From a virus: a stretch of DNA of 64,000 nucleotides. The stretch spans positions 19,943 through 83,942 of IMG/VR virus record IMGVR_UViG_3300015202_000004. One strand, given 5' to 3'. Of this stretch, positions 27,135-36,793 are shown in pieces (positions within the stretch are counted from its first letter, which is position 1; every line of letters starts with the position of its first letter). The notes beneath the pieces were generated by a model. The model saw only the letters and a list, made by a program, of their open reading frames with translations, was not told the DNA's origin and ran no database searches. Position numbers and translations under genes: made by a program.

Positions 27135-27962
27135 CTAGTTTAATTCTTGAGCAGATTCATTGGGAATTAGCTTGCGATACTGAATCCAACCTCTGAAATT
27201 TCCCATTAAATTATTTTCATTAATTTTTGCAGGTCGGGCTATATGTTCAAATGGAGACATATGGCCTTCTGACAAAAGTCGATTATGTAATTCTAAATCT
27301 TTATTATGGTCGCGTTTGCCATCATGGGTTAAATAAGAAACACGCGCACATCTAGCTGTAGAGATTTTTTTTAATTCTTCAATATTTTTTTCAATAATTA
27401 AATCTTCTGAATAAATATATGGTAAATGCCATTCGTCATTTTTCAAAAATTTAGGATTAGAATTTTTAAATTCCAATTTAATCATATTAGCCAATGTTTG
27501 AAATTCAGGTTGGGAAGCAGGATTGCAACGAAGTTTAAAAAAATTCTGCCAATCTGTTGCTGTGATAATTACCGTAATCCAAGAAAAAGGCTCTAATATA
27601 CGATTTGCAAGTTGCTTATGAACATTTAAATTGTTAGCTAATTTACTTGCATGTTCATAAGCTGAATCTCTTGCGGCAAGCCATTCTTTAATTGCTAAAT
27701 TTTGTTCTTCTTGATTTAGAACGTTAGATGCTTGCATTCCACTTTGGTTTTGACCCCAATAGCTTGGAACAAATGGGTCAGTTAAAACTTTTTCTAATAT
27801 TTTTTTAACAGGTATTGCTCTACTAGAAGCGGCGTTTCTACTCATGACTCTATGTGTCATTAATTCACTGTGAATTATACGAGGATATGTTGCTTCTATT
27901 GTTGTTAAACGTTGATTATTATCGTTTATAGAATCTAAAATTATTTTTACTGAATAAGACAT
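27135..27962 (-). CDS. thyX: Flavin-dependent thymidylate synthase
   Basis: ELMTHRVMSRNAASSRAIP, ARCARVSY, GHMSPFEH. Confidence 0.92.
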   Translation of the reverse strand: MSYSVKIILDSINDNNQRLTTIEATYPRIIHSELMTHRVMSRNAASSRAIPVKKILEKVLTDPFVPSYWGQNQSGMQASNVLNQEEQNLAIKEWLAARDSAYEHASKLANNLNVHKQLANRILEPFSWITVIITATDWQNFFKLRCNPASQPEFQTLANMIKLEFKNSNPKFLKNDEWHLPYIYSEDLIIEKNIEELKKISTARCARVSYLTHDGKRDHNKDLELHNRLLSEGHMSPFEHIARPAKINENNLMGNFRGWIQYRKLIPNESAQELN

Positions 27963-28315
27963 TTATAATTCTTTCCTAAAATTAGTAATTTTATTTAACC
28001 ATTTAATAAAATCGTCATACGATAAAATATGTTTGGCTCTATTACAATGTTTACAACAAGTAACAACGTTGTCGTTAGTATAGCCTTTATCGTTATTTAT
28101 TCTATCTAATCCATTATAATTCCAACAATATTTTATTTCTGAATTTATGTAAAGATTTGTAGGTTCGGAACCACAATAATGGCAAAGTGTCTCACATAGT
28201 TGTATAAAATATTTTGAGTCTAAATCAAAATTTAAATTTCTTTTTTTAGCTGAATTTTGGTAACTTTTAAAATTCCAAATTCTTGATTTATATCAATTGA
28301 TGATTTTCTACCCAT
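27963..28315 (-). pseudogene. HNH homing endonuclease interrupted by a -1 frameshift (absent from the ORF track)
   Basis: AGGA SD + ATG 28315 (MGRKSSIDINQEFGILK); -1 frame reads SYQNSAKKRNLNFDL..CHYCG..NGLDRINNDKGY..DNVVTCCKHCNRAK to TAA 27963; 353 nt +1 = 118 codons. Confidence 0.8.
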
Positions 28316-28322
28316 ATTTCCT

Positions 28323-29300
28323 TTATGGTAATATTGCTGGGTTTCCGTATAGATGGAATTCTAGCAAGGTTTTGCGATTGGAACCGTTTAATGAACCATC
28401 GCGCTTGATAAGGTTGGTGGCGAAGTCTTGCTTGGCATGCAATAAAGCATCGCCCATACATTCGCCTGCCTGTATTCTATTGTAAAACATTTCAGCTAAG
28501 AAGTCTGCGGCAGCGGCTGGTGGGGCACTTGGACCGTATGCTACCATCGTGGAGCAAACGATGCCAACTGCACCAGAGTACAAAGCCATCATTGGGATGG
28601 ACATTTCTTTATTTCTACCAGTAATATATCCGCCATAGCAAGCTTCAAAAAATCCTACCGAGCCTTTAAAGTTACCTTGAACTGGTTCCATGGCTATGGG
28701 ATACGTATTATTAAATTGACCATAAAAATATGGTGTTGTTTGTGCGCCATGCAGATTCACATAGGCATGTTTTTTAATTGTTTCATTGGGCGCTAAAGTG
28801 CTTGGATTAGTTGGAGGAGCAACATTCTCGTTGTTCATTTGGAAATTGCCGTTCATATAATCAGCAATGCCCTTCCAAACTTGAGCCACAATAGCAAACC
28901 AACCAGCATTCGTTGACTTCACAGTAGCGAAACCAGCTTGGCTTGTAAGCATTGTTTTCAAATAATCAAATGTAGGATTTAATTGTTCATCTGGAAGACG
29001 AGCAATTACCTTATTTGGCATCAAATATGTTGAGTCTATTGTACAAGCATATGGTGAATCTGTCAATACAACATCGTCAGGGTCCGTTGCAGGGTTTGCG
29101 ACACTGGCGAATGGTACAACGTCGGGTCCACCAACAATCAAAATACCATTTTCAATCTTATCACAGTGCATTTTTGTACACATATAATCGGCCATAGGCA
29201 ATACATCAACGTCAGGAGATATAGCCTTAAGCATAGCCATGATTTCATCTTGATGGCCTGGGTACTTGTCAAACAACTTCTGGCTGGTTACGATAGTCAT
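28323..29300 (-). CDS. Clan CD (gingipain C25/caspase-like) cysteine protease
   Basis: LIVGGPDVVPF, D.PYA, His-Gly dyad NLHG and Cys EACYGG, L.EF.LYGNP; start moved to ATG after AAGGA. Confidence 0.7.
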   Translation of the reverse strand: MTIVTSQKLFDKYPGHQDEIMAMLKAISPDVDVLPMADYMCTKMHCDKIENGILIVGGPDVVPFASVANPATDPDDVVLTDSPYACTIDSTYLMPNKVIARLPDEQLNPTFDYLKTMLTSQAGFATVKSTNAGWFAIVAQVWKGIADYMNGNFQMNNENVAPPTNPSTLAPNETIKKHAYVNLHGAQTTPYFYGQFNNTYPIAMEPVQGNFKGSVGFFEACYGGYITGRNKEMSIPMMALYSGAVGIVCSTMVAYGPSAPPAAAADFLAEMFYNRIQAGECMGDALLHAKQDFATNLIKRDGSLNGSNRKTLLEFHLYGNPAILP

Positions 29301-29408
29301 TTTGCATTCCTTCACAAACTGTTATGAAAAGAAATATGCAATCTATGCTCATTAAGCATCATTCAAGAATTTATAAATTTTTTCTAATTGAATTTGTAAC
29401 AAATTTAT

Positions 29409-30308
29409 TTAAACAGTGGTTTTATAATTAAACATGTAGACCCATTGTGAAAATTCAATGATAAAACTTTGCATTTCATACCTGGTAAAGAATTCTCGTA
29501 ATCTTTCGCCGTTAACTTTAATTTTGTCTACTGGTTTTACAGGGACTTCGTTAACTTCAACATCGGTTAGAATTATAGCCAATTCTAAAGCTAGTTCTGC
29601 AATCTTTTTATTTTCATAAATAGTATAGCTCTTGTGTTCTGGATTTGCCTTTAAGTGTGCCAATAGATTCTGAAGCGTACCGTGTTCCTGAATCAAAGCT
29701 GTAGCTGTTTTAGGGCCGATACCTTTGATACCTTGAATATTATCGGTCTTTTCGCCCGTTAAAGATTTTACATGAACGAGTTGGTTCGGGTTTACACCAA
29801 ATTCATTGCGAACATAGTTTTCGTCCACAAGTCCGTTGCCGAGCTTTTTAGCTACGGTAAATGACCAAACTTTGATGTTATCATTACATAATTGATAAAA
29901 ATCTTTGTCGGATGAAATGATAATCGACTTCATCCCGGCATCCGAGGCTTTAGTCGCAATCGTTCCAATCAAGTCATCGCACTCTGCTTTGGGTGGCGCT
30001 GTAATTTGCGGCACACCTAAAAGCAAAAAAGCTTCTTGAAGCATTGAAAATTGAACCTTAAGGTCATTGGACACGGGCGGTCGATGCGCTTTATAATTTG
30101 GGTCAATATCATTTCTGAAGCTCTTCTTACCAGAGTCCCAAACAACCAAACAATAATCAGGCTTTAATTCGTTTATGATGCTTCTGAAACTCTTTAGGCC
30201 ACCGTAAACCGCATTCGTTGGAATGCCATCGCTAGTCGTTAAAAGTTTGACAGCAAAGAATGACCGAAAAATCATGTTGCTGCCGTCGATAATTGCAATG
30301 GTAGGCAT
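29409..30308 (-). CDS. 5'-3' exonuclease / flap endonuclease (PolI N-terminal, T4 RNase H-like)
   Basis: IIDGSNMIFRSF, YKAHR, ECDDLIG, SDKDF, GEKTDNIQGIKGIGPKTA. Confidence 0.93.
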   Translation of the reverse strand: MPTIAIIDGSNMIFRSFFAVKLLTTSDGIPTNAVYGGLKSFRSIINELKPDYCLVVWDSGKKSFRNDIDPNYKAHRPPVSNDLKVQFSMLQEAFLLLGVPQITAPPKAECDDLIGTIATKASDAGMKSIIISSDKDFYQLCNDNIKVWSFTVAKKLGNGLVDENYVRNEFGVNPNQLVHVKSLTGEKTDNIQGIKGIGPKTATALIQEHGTLQNLLAHLKANPEHKSYTIYENKKIAELALELAIILTDVEVNEVPVKPVDKIKVNGERLREFFTRYEMQSFIIEFSQWVYMFNYKTTV

Positions 30309-30667
30309 TAGTTGTAATCCTCTAATTTGACTTGTTCACCGTTATCAAATCTTATACGCATTTTTCGAACGGCTTCTTGGTTTACTTGCTCAAAGGTCAA
30401 GTCCAAACGATATGCCATTTGCATCAAAGTAGCGAATACGTCGCCCATTTCTTCTAATACATGGGCAAAGGCTTCTTTGTTACTACCATCACCAGAACTT
30501 CCAAAACAATAGGCATAAGTATCAAGCGCTTCAGTAAGCTCGTCGGCTTCGTTCATGAAGTGTTCACCGCTTGGAATTTCTCCTATTCCATCGGCAGGAA
30601 ACCAGCCTTTGCGGTGTCTTAAATTCTGGTGATTAATGGCTTTAACCATTTTTTCGGTATCAATCAT
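30308..30667 (-). CDS. MazG-like nucleotide pyrophosphohydrolase
   Basis: EADEL.EA...EEMGDV...K...R motif. Confidence 0.75.
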   Translation of the reverse strand: MIDTEKMVKAINHQNLRHRKGWFPADGIGEIPSGEHFMNEADELTEALDTYAYCFGSSGDGSNKEAFAHVLEEMGDVFATLMQMAYRLDLTFEQVNQEAVRKMRIRFDNGEQVKLEDYN

Positions 30668-31301
30668 TTTTGCCTAATTCTTTAATGTCAGACCATAATT
30701 TGCGTGACAAAGCTAAAGAGGTAATCTTTTTAATTTCCCAATCCGGGTAAATTGATTCTAGTTCATACGTGACAAAATTATTCGCATTCAAGTCAATATA
30801 GCGGCTGCTATTTGTTATCAGTAAACTAATATTGGAAGCTTTATCATTTAATCGAGTTTTAAACCCCTTCTTCATTTTGCCAGAACAAAATTCCATAACA
30901 TCTTGGTCGATGTTAGGTGGGAATTCAATTACATATTCTTTAATTTTCTTACCATAATCAACAGTCAAATATCTGTAAACGCCGCTTTCATCAGATACAA
31001 ACATGTCATTTATATTATCAGGAAGGTCCTTCCAGTAAGCATTGGTCATTAAAGGGTGTCGAACTACAACCACGTAAGGTTGTGTTTGAGACATGATAAA
31101 ATATTCAAAGAAATACAACTTTTCATTTTCAGCTTCGTTCAAAAGATACACTTCGTCTTTACCGAAGCTACGAATTACTTCTTCAAATTCATCTACACTG
31201 TTAATCTCAAAGCCTTCTTGAGTTTGCCAATGACAAAGAACGACCTTTTTCTTATCCATCATTCGTTCCTTATATATTCCAAATAGTTCAGTCAATGTCA
31301 T
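30660..31301 (-). CDS. Hypothetical protein (213 aa)
   Basis: ORF with overlapping stop/start junctions on both sides. Confidence 0.6.
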   Translation of the reverse strand: MTLTELFGIYKERMMDKKKVVLCHWQTQEGFEINSVDEFEEVIRSFGKDEVYLLNEAENEKLYFFEYFIMSQTQPYVVVVRHPLMTNAYWKDLPDNINDMFVSDESGVYRYLTVDYGKKIKEYVIEFPPNIDQDVMEFCSGKMKKGFKTRLNDKASNISLLITNSSRYIDLNANNFVTYELESIYPDWEIKKITSLALSRKLWSDIKELGKND

Positions 31302-33451
31302 TAGAGTACTTTAGTCCCTGCTTGAGATTTGCTTAAATTTATTCTGCTATCAAATTCTTCTTGAAGTTGTGGTATATGTGACATTATTAATATTCTTGAA
31401 AAAGAATCACTTAAAGATTTTATAGTAGAACAAAAAGCTTCCCTACCTTCAGTGTCTAAAGCTGAAGCGGGTTCGTCAAGAATCAATAAATCCAGTTCAA
31501 CACCCGCTCTGCGTGATAGAACCTTAGACAAAGCAAGTCGAATTGAAAGACTTACTCTGAATTGTTCACCACCAGAAAGTGACTCAAAGTTACGCCAAAC
31601 ATGGCCGTCGAATACTTGAACATCTAGTGTACCACGTTCTTCGCCATTTTTCAAGGTAGCAGTTGTATTGAATGTCAGTTCGAATGTGCTTTCGCTCATT
31701 TTTGCTAAATAAAAATTAGCCGTCTCTTGAATTTCAGGTAAGACAGTTTCAATAATAGATGCCGGGATACCATTCTTGGAGAGGGCTACACAAAGAAGCT
31801 CCAAAAGTTCAAGTTCTTGCTTAAAGCGTCCAATATCTTCAGTAAGCTTTTGCTTTTTGTCTGCGTCTTTTTCCGCTTTAGCAATTGTTTGCTCGATATC
31901 GACTTGTGCGCTAATTGCTTGTTTCTGCTGGTCCCTAAGCTCTGCAAGTTTTTCTTTAATGTCGCTTTCGTCTTTTGCTTCAAGGGTCACCTCTGGTAAG
32001 GATTTAATTTGTGTTTTAAGAAAGTCTAAATTATATCCAAGTTCGTCGCCTTTTTGGACCAGGAATTCTTCGCGTTGCTTTGCTTGGGTATAGTCTTCTT
32101 TGGCTTTAATCTTTGCCTGATAAACGCTTTTGACAGTAGCCAAATCAGATGACCATTCGCCAATATCAGTATTTAATCCTAATCCTTCGCTATTTAAAAG
32201 TTTGATAGAATCAGAGTGACCATGTTTAACATACAACCTTTTTTCTTGTAATTTAGCTAGTTTCTTCTTATCAGCAACATTAAGAACTTCTAATCTTTCA
32301 ATATCTTTCTTCATTTCAGCAAGCAATGCTTGATGCTTATTTTTGTTTAATTCTTGTAAACATGTTGGACATTCTGAAACGTCCAAAGCTTCCATTTTAG
32401 ATAGTTTTGTTCGCATTTTAGGAAGTTCACTGTCACGCGACTTCATTGCTTGTTCTAATGTTGCTATTTCAATGTCAATAGGTCGAAGTTCTTCTGCAAC
32501 GATACTGTTCATTTCAGCTTTTACAGTCGCAAGGCGCTCTTTACCATTCGCAATTTTTTCTTGCAAATCCTCAAGCGCTTCAGTTGCTTGCTTCAAAACC
32601 TTGGCCGGGTCTTTAAATTTAGATATTACTGCTGTACATTCTTCGTATTCACGCTTCTGCGTTTCAATATCTTGCTGAGTTTTAGCTATCTTTCGATTTA
32701 TAAGCTCATTATTTGAAGCAACTTCCTTGTACCGTTTTACTTGCTCGCTTACGCCTGCATTCCATTCCCAAATTTCATTCAATTCAGCTTGTGCAGATTC
32801 AATTTTCTTACCATGCTTAGAAAGAATTTTAGCAATGCGAGCAAGTTGGTCTTTTAATTCGGAAATATCTACGTCTTCAATAGTTGCCAAAACATATTGG
32901 CTTGCCTTAATTTCAGCTTTGTTTGTAGAACGTTTTTCTTTAGCAATCTTTTCTAGACGTTCAAACTGTGAAAGATTTAAAATTTCTGCAATAATTTGCT
33001 TACGTGCATCTGGTTTTGCTTTGACAAAGAAATTAGAATCGTCTTGGCGTAGCAAAACTGATGAACGGAACGTGTCTGAAGAAAGACCAATTAATTTATC
33101 AATTCTGGCCTGCGTTTCACTTAGTAATTCTTCAACAGCAATGTCGTTAACAGACAGCTTAAGCTTTTGGCTCTTGCCGCGTTTCTTCGAACGAGTAATT
33201 CTTACATCTTGATTATTCAAATGAAACTGGACGGTGACGCTCATTTCGTCTTCTTCATTACGAATAGCATCATCAATTGAGGCAAGACGTGTTTCACCAA
33301 ACAAAGCGTAAGTCAGGCTTTCAACCATAGCCGAAGTCTTACCAGCCCCATTAGAACCTGTTACCAGTGTTGGTGACACAACTTCTGTAAAATCAATTTC
33401 CGTATCGGCATGATTAAAGAAGTTGTGTAATTTAATATAATCTAATCTCAC
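31301..33451 (-). CDS. sbcC: SbcC/Rad50-like ATPase (gp46-like)
   Basis: GSNGAGKT, coiled coil with CPTC hook, LSGGE, LILDEP. Confidence 0.95.
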   Translation of the reverse strand: MRLDYIKLHNFFNHADTEIDFTEVVSPTLVTGSNGAGKTSAMVESLTYALFGETRLASIDDAIRNEEDEMSVTVQFHLNNQDVRITRSKKRGKSQKLKLSVNDIAVEELLSETQARIDKLIGLSSDTFRSSVLLRQDDSNFFVKAKPDARKQIIAEILNLSQFERLEKIAKEKRSTNKAEIKASQYVLATIEDVDISELKDQLARIAKILSKHGKKIESAQAELNEIWEWNAGVSEQVKRYKEVASNNELINRKIAKTQQDIETQKREYEECTAVISKFKDPAKVLKQATEALEDLQEKIANGKERLATVKAEMNSIVAEELRPIDIEIATLEQAMKSRDSELPKMRTKLSKMEALDVSECPTCLQELNKNKHQALLAEMKKDIERLEVLNVADKKKLAKLQEKRLYVKHGHSDSIKLLNSEGLGLNTDIGEWSSDLATVKSVYQAKIKAKEDYTQAKQREEFLVQKGDELGYNLDFLKTQIKSLPEVTLEAKDESDIKEKLAELRDQQKQAISAQVDIEQTIAKAEKDADKKQKLTEDIGRFKQELELLELLCVALSKNGIPASIIETVLPEIQETANFYLAKMSESTFELTFNTTATLKNGEERGTLDVQVFDGHVWRNFESLSGGEQFRVSLSIRLALSKVLSRRAGVELDLLILDEPASALDTEGREAFCSTIKSLSDSFSRILIMSHIPQLQEEFDSRINLSKSQAGTKVL

Positions 33452-34554
33452 TCTGCGGCCTTACTTTCTTCCGTCTTTCTAATTTCTTCCAATAGAGCCA
33501 TAAGCTCGACCTTACGGGGCTCTTTGGCAAAATAGCTTTCTGCATATTCTTTCATGCTGCTCAAGCCATTCGCATCCATCTTTTTAAGCTCTTTTGTTTT
33601 AGCTTCTTTTGATATTCGAGATTTGAAAGCTTGTGCGAACATTGTCTTAAAGAACTTCTCGTCAATATCTTCTTTTTCTGTATTAACAATTACTCTTACG
33701 ATAACGTTTACGAAATTCTCAGGTTTAGCTTTTTTCAAAGCTGCACGAATATCTTCCATCGTGCCCTTAAGAGTTAACATCCGAAGACATTCGACAGGAA
33801 TTTGCTTGGGTAATACCACGTTATTGTCATTGATTTCGGACAACCAGAAAGTTTTTGGGTCTTTTTCCTCTGCAAATGAATGTCGAGTTAGTGAACCAGC
33901 ATAAAACACAAATGGTTCTTGATTTAATATTTGTGCCCGATGAATATGCCCAGCTTGAACATACGCCCATTTATGACGAGTTAGTGCTGTCAATGGAACA
34001 AATGGTAAGTCTTCTTTGAAAGAACCTGGAAATTCAGCGAATTCTATTTGTAAGTGAACAACTAATATAGCTGGCCTATTCCAATCAATACGAGAGGCTA
34101 CTTCATCTACGGCTGCTGATATTTCATTTGGTAAATACCAGTAAGATATCGAGGCTATTTGAACCCAACCTAAATCTAAAATATCGCCACCGCGTGTAAC
34201 ACAAACATTTGGTACATCTAAAGTTTTCATCAAATCAAGACCAGTTTTTCTTACTAATCTTTGACTCGCATCATGATTTCCTAAAAGTATATAACTGTGA
34301 ATTCCTGCATCTGATAACTTCTTGAGTCTTTCTGCAAATGCATTAATTACATTTTGACTAGGTGTTTTATTATCAAAAACATCGCCCGAATGAATCAAAA
34401 CTTTTACATCATTCTCAATAGCATAATTCACAACTTGGTCTAAAGCTTGAAATCCGTCTTGTGTTCTTCGATTTATTCCACTAATGGGGTCATCAACATT
34501 ACCAGAGTCTGTCGAAATTCCGTAATGAGTGTCACTAATTGATATTAATTGCAT
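33448..34554 (-). CDS. sbcD: SbcD/Mre11-like nuclease (gp47-like)
   Basis: SDTH, HSGDVFD, GNHD, GHIH metallophosphoesterase motifs; adjacent to sbcC. Confidence 0.93.
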   Translation of the reverse strand: MQLISISDTHYGISTDSGNVDDPISGINRRTQDGFQALDQVVNYAIENDVKVLIHSGDVFDNKTPSQNVINAFAERLKKLSDAGIHSYILLGNHDASQRLVRKTGLDLMKTLDVPNVCVTRGGDILDLGWVQIASISYWYLPNEISAAVDEVASRIDWNRPAILVVHLQIEFAEFPGSFKEDLPFVPLTALTRHKWAYVQAGHIHRAQILNQEPFVFYAGSLTRHSFAEEKDPKTFWLSEINDNNVVLPKQIPVECLRMLTLKGTMEDIRAALKKAKPENFVNVIVRVIVNTEKEDIDEKFFKTMFAQAFKSRISKEAKTKELKKMDANGLSSMKEYAESYFAKEPRKVELMALLEEIRKTEESKAAE

Positions 34555-34604
34555 ATATGTATTATAGTATTTTTCGCATACTTCTCTTTGAGGAGGTATT
34601 AATT

Positions 34605-35234
34605 ATGAATTTATTTTTTAATTATATTAAAAAAGCTTTTGAGGCGGCTTGTTTTTTCTTTAATCATTTTGGAGATAGCTTGAGAAGTGATTCTTATGCT
34701 AAAGGTTTTGATGATAAGGGAATCGCACAAGATGTGCATGAAATAAGTAAGAAGATGGTCGAGGATTATTTCGTCCCTGGTCATGACCCGCGTTCGAATT
34801 CTGATGTTTACAATGCTACTCATAAAAAAATGTGTATCACTGAGGATATGCCATGCTATATTTGTGGTGTAAAAAATTCAACATTGTCTGACCCTGCTCA
34901 AAATCTTCATGGTTCTAAACAGTTAGAAACCCATCATTTCAATCTTGAATGGTCGCTTGCCAATGCTGCCGACTGGGATGTTCTAAAAGCAATGCATCCT
35001 GATTTTACTGATTGGGCAAAAGTTGTTCCAGCAGACCCATCGACGTACAAGTATTTTGTTGATTCCGAATACAACATGATGGTTCTTTGCGATATTCATC
35101 ACCGTGCCACTTATCGTGGTATTCATGCTATTGAATATCCTGTTTGGTCTGCACAAAAGTATATGAAGAAAGACTTTAAATTCATTAATGTTAATACTAA
35201 GGACTTACCCGAACTACTTGATGATATGAGCTAA
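34605..35234 (+). CDS. HNH-like metal-binding protein on the opposite strand
   Basis: SD GAGGAGG before ATG 34605; CYICG, LETHH, YNMMVLCDIHH, GIH. Confidence 0.6.
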   Translation: MNLFFNYIKKAFEAACFFFNHFGDSLRSDSYAKGFDDKGIAQDVHEISKKMVEDYFVPGHDPRSNSDVYNATHKKMCITEDMPCYICGVKNSTLSDPAQNLHGSKQLETHHFNLEWSLANAADWDVLKAMHPDFTDWAKVVPADPSTYKYFVDSEYNMMVLCDIHHRATYRGIHAIEYPVWSAQKYMKKDFKFINVNTKDLPELLDDMS

Positions 35235-35674
35235 ACTAGCTTTATTCTTAAAGCATAGAATCCAACGCTTATAGCATCAAGCTCGTCATTAGATATGTTT
35301 TTGTTAAATATTAAAATATTTTCTCTAATGATATGGTTTGTCTGCACTTTAGACATGTTTTTATCGTCATATAAAAATTCACGAACGTCGCTAACAGTGC
35401 AACCCATTGCTGGAATCAAAAATTTACTACAAGATTCTTCAAGTATTTTGCGATAGACAGAATCTAAAAAAGCTCCTGACTTTTCAAACGCCACATAATC
35501 TGGGGCGTATAGCGTCAGGAGCTTATTTATTTCCTTCTGACAGCGGTCGTTAGCTCCGGTAATATCAAACTTTCCTGTCTCTACGACATTCAAGGTTTTA
35601 ACCATATTACTAAAGCGTTCGACCACTGCATACCCAATGGCTTTTTCGCCAGGGTCAAAAGCTAGTACTTTCAT
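35231..35674 (-). CDS. RuvC-like Holliday junction resolvase
   Basis: LAFDPG...GYAV, VAFE, DELDAI. Confidence 0.75.
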   Translation of the reverse strand: MKVLAFDPGEKAIGYAVVERFSNMVKTLNVVETGKFDITGANDRCQKEINKLLTLYAPDYVAFEKSGAFLDSVYRKILEESCSKFLIPAMGCTVSDVREFLYDDKNMSKVQTNHIIRENILIFNKNISNDELDAISVGFYALRIKLV

Positions 35675-36477
35675 TAATCTTCGTCGTCGTCTTCTTCTAG
35701 TTCTTTTTTAGTCGTAGATTTTAACGCCTTGGCACCTGGGCTTGATTTTACTCTACGCTTCTTATTTTGGCATTTACATTTAAAATAAGGGAATGTTGGT
35801 TGCCAGTTTTCCCCTAATATTTTCCTTAGTTCGGAATTTCTTTCGCTTTCTTCAATCGTTATTAAATTCAGAAGGCCGCGTGTATATTCCATCTGGTCCT
35901 TAAGCTTACGTTGCAAATCTTCAGGCAACGGCATTTCACGAATGTCCATGTAAAACGGAAGCAATTCAGCTAGATGCTTTCTGTTTATGACGATGTTATC
36001 ACCATACGGCCAAAGACGCAAGTATGCCCTTGTCTTATCGTCTAATTCAGGAAATGGGTCAGGTAAGTAAGTTTTAGGTTGAGCAGGCCAATTTTCTTTT
36101 CCAAACGTTTTTGTATCAGCAAAGCGTGTCGGTGGTTTATCCACTAACGGCATTCTATATGCCGTTACGCATTTTGATTCAATATAAACTCGCGCAACCG
36201 TATCATTTTCATTAGGTGTATAATGCGGTACGATTGGTGGAACAGATTGATTATCTACAGTGGCTTCAGGTTCTTCAACTTTGGCTTTTTTACGAACTTT
36301 AGGTTCTTCCACTGTTGGAACTGCAACTTTAGCAGGTTTGATTACGGCTGCTTTAGTAGGTGCCTTAACAGCTTTTGGTTCTGCTTTTGGCTTCTCTGGG
36401 ACAACCGCTTTAGGTACTTTCGGTACAGCTTTTTTTTCAACAATTGGTTTGGGCTTCTCCGGTTTCTTACTTGCCAT
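35674..36477 (-). CDS. Hypothetical protein with K/P/A-rich N-terminus
   Basis: Start moved to MASKKP (36477) to avoid an 80-nt overlap with HU; low-complexity basic N-terminus, acidic tail. Confidence 0.55.
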   Translation of the reverse strand: MASKKPEKPKPIVEKKAVPKVPKAVVPEKPKAEPKAVKAPTKAAVIKPAKVAVPTVEEPKVRKKAKVEEPEATVDNQSVPPIVPHYTPNENDTVARVYIESKCVTAYRMPLVDKPPTRFADTKTFGKENWPAQPKTYLPDPFPELDDKTRAYLRLWPYGDNIVINRKHLAELLPFYMDIREMPLPEDLQRKLKDQMEYTRGLLNLITIEESERNSELRKILGENWQPTFPYFKCKCQNKKRRVKSSPGAKALKSTTKKELEEDDDED

Positions 36478-36793
36478 CGTTTTTCTGTTCAGCCTCATAT
36501 CCTGTCTGTAGGGTAGCGTCAGCTTTTCGTACAGTGGCTTTAACATATGTCGAAGGTGTATAAACTAACTTATTAGTAGGACCCATCAAGAATCTGTTAC
36601 CTGTTTTAAAGTTTTGAACTTCTTTCGGGCCACGGACTTTTAGATGGAAGGTTCCCATTCCGATACGGAGGGGTTCGCCTTGTTCAATTGCAACGCACAT
36701 GTACTTAGTTAATTTACGCAAAACCTTACGAACTGCGTCATAACGTAAGTTAGTATCTTTTGAAATTAATTGAATTAGTTCTGTTTGTTTCAT
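36467..36793 (-). CDS. HU/IHF-like DNA-binding protein
   Basis: MKQTELIQ.IS, GMGTF..K.R...NFKTG, L.YTPS. Confidence 0.85.
   Translation of the reverse strand: MKQTELIQLISKDTNLRYDAVRKVLRKLTKYMCVAIEQGEPLRIGMGTFHLKVRGPKEVQNFKTGNRFLMGPTNKLVYTPSTYVKATVRKADATLQTGYEAEQKNDGK

Noticed and set aside
29391-29405. Palindrome AATTTGT-A-ACAAATT
   Set aside because: Very AT-rich and single-copy; likely chance or a weak terminator element.
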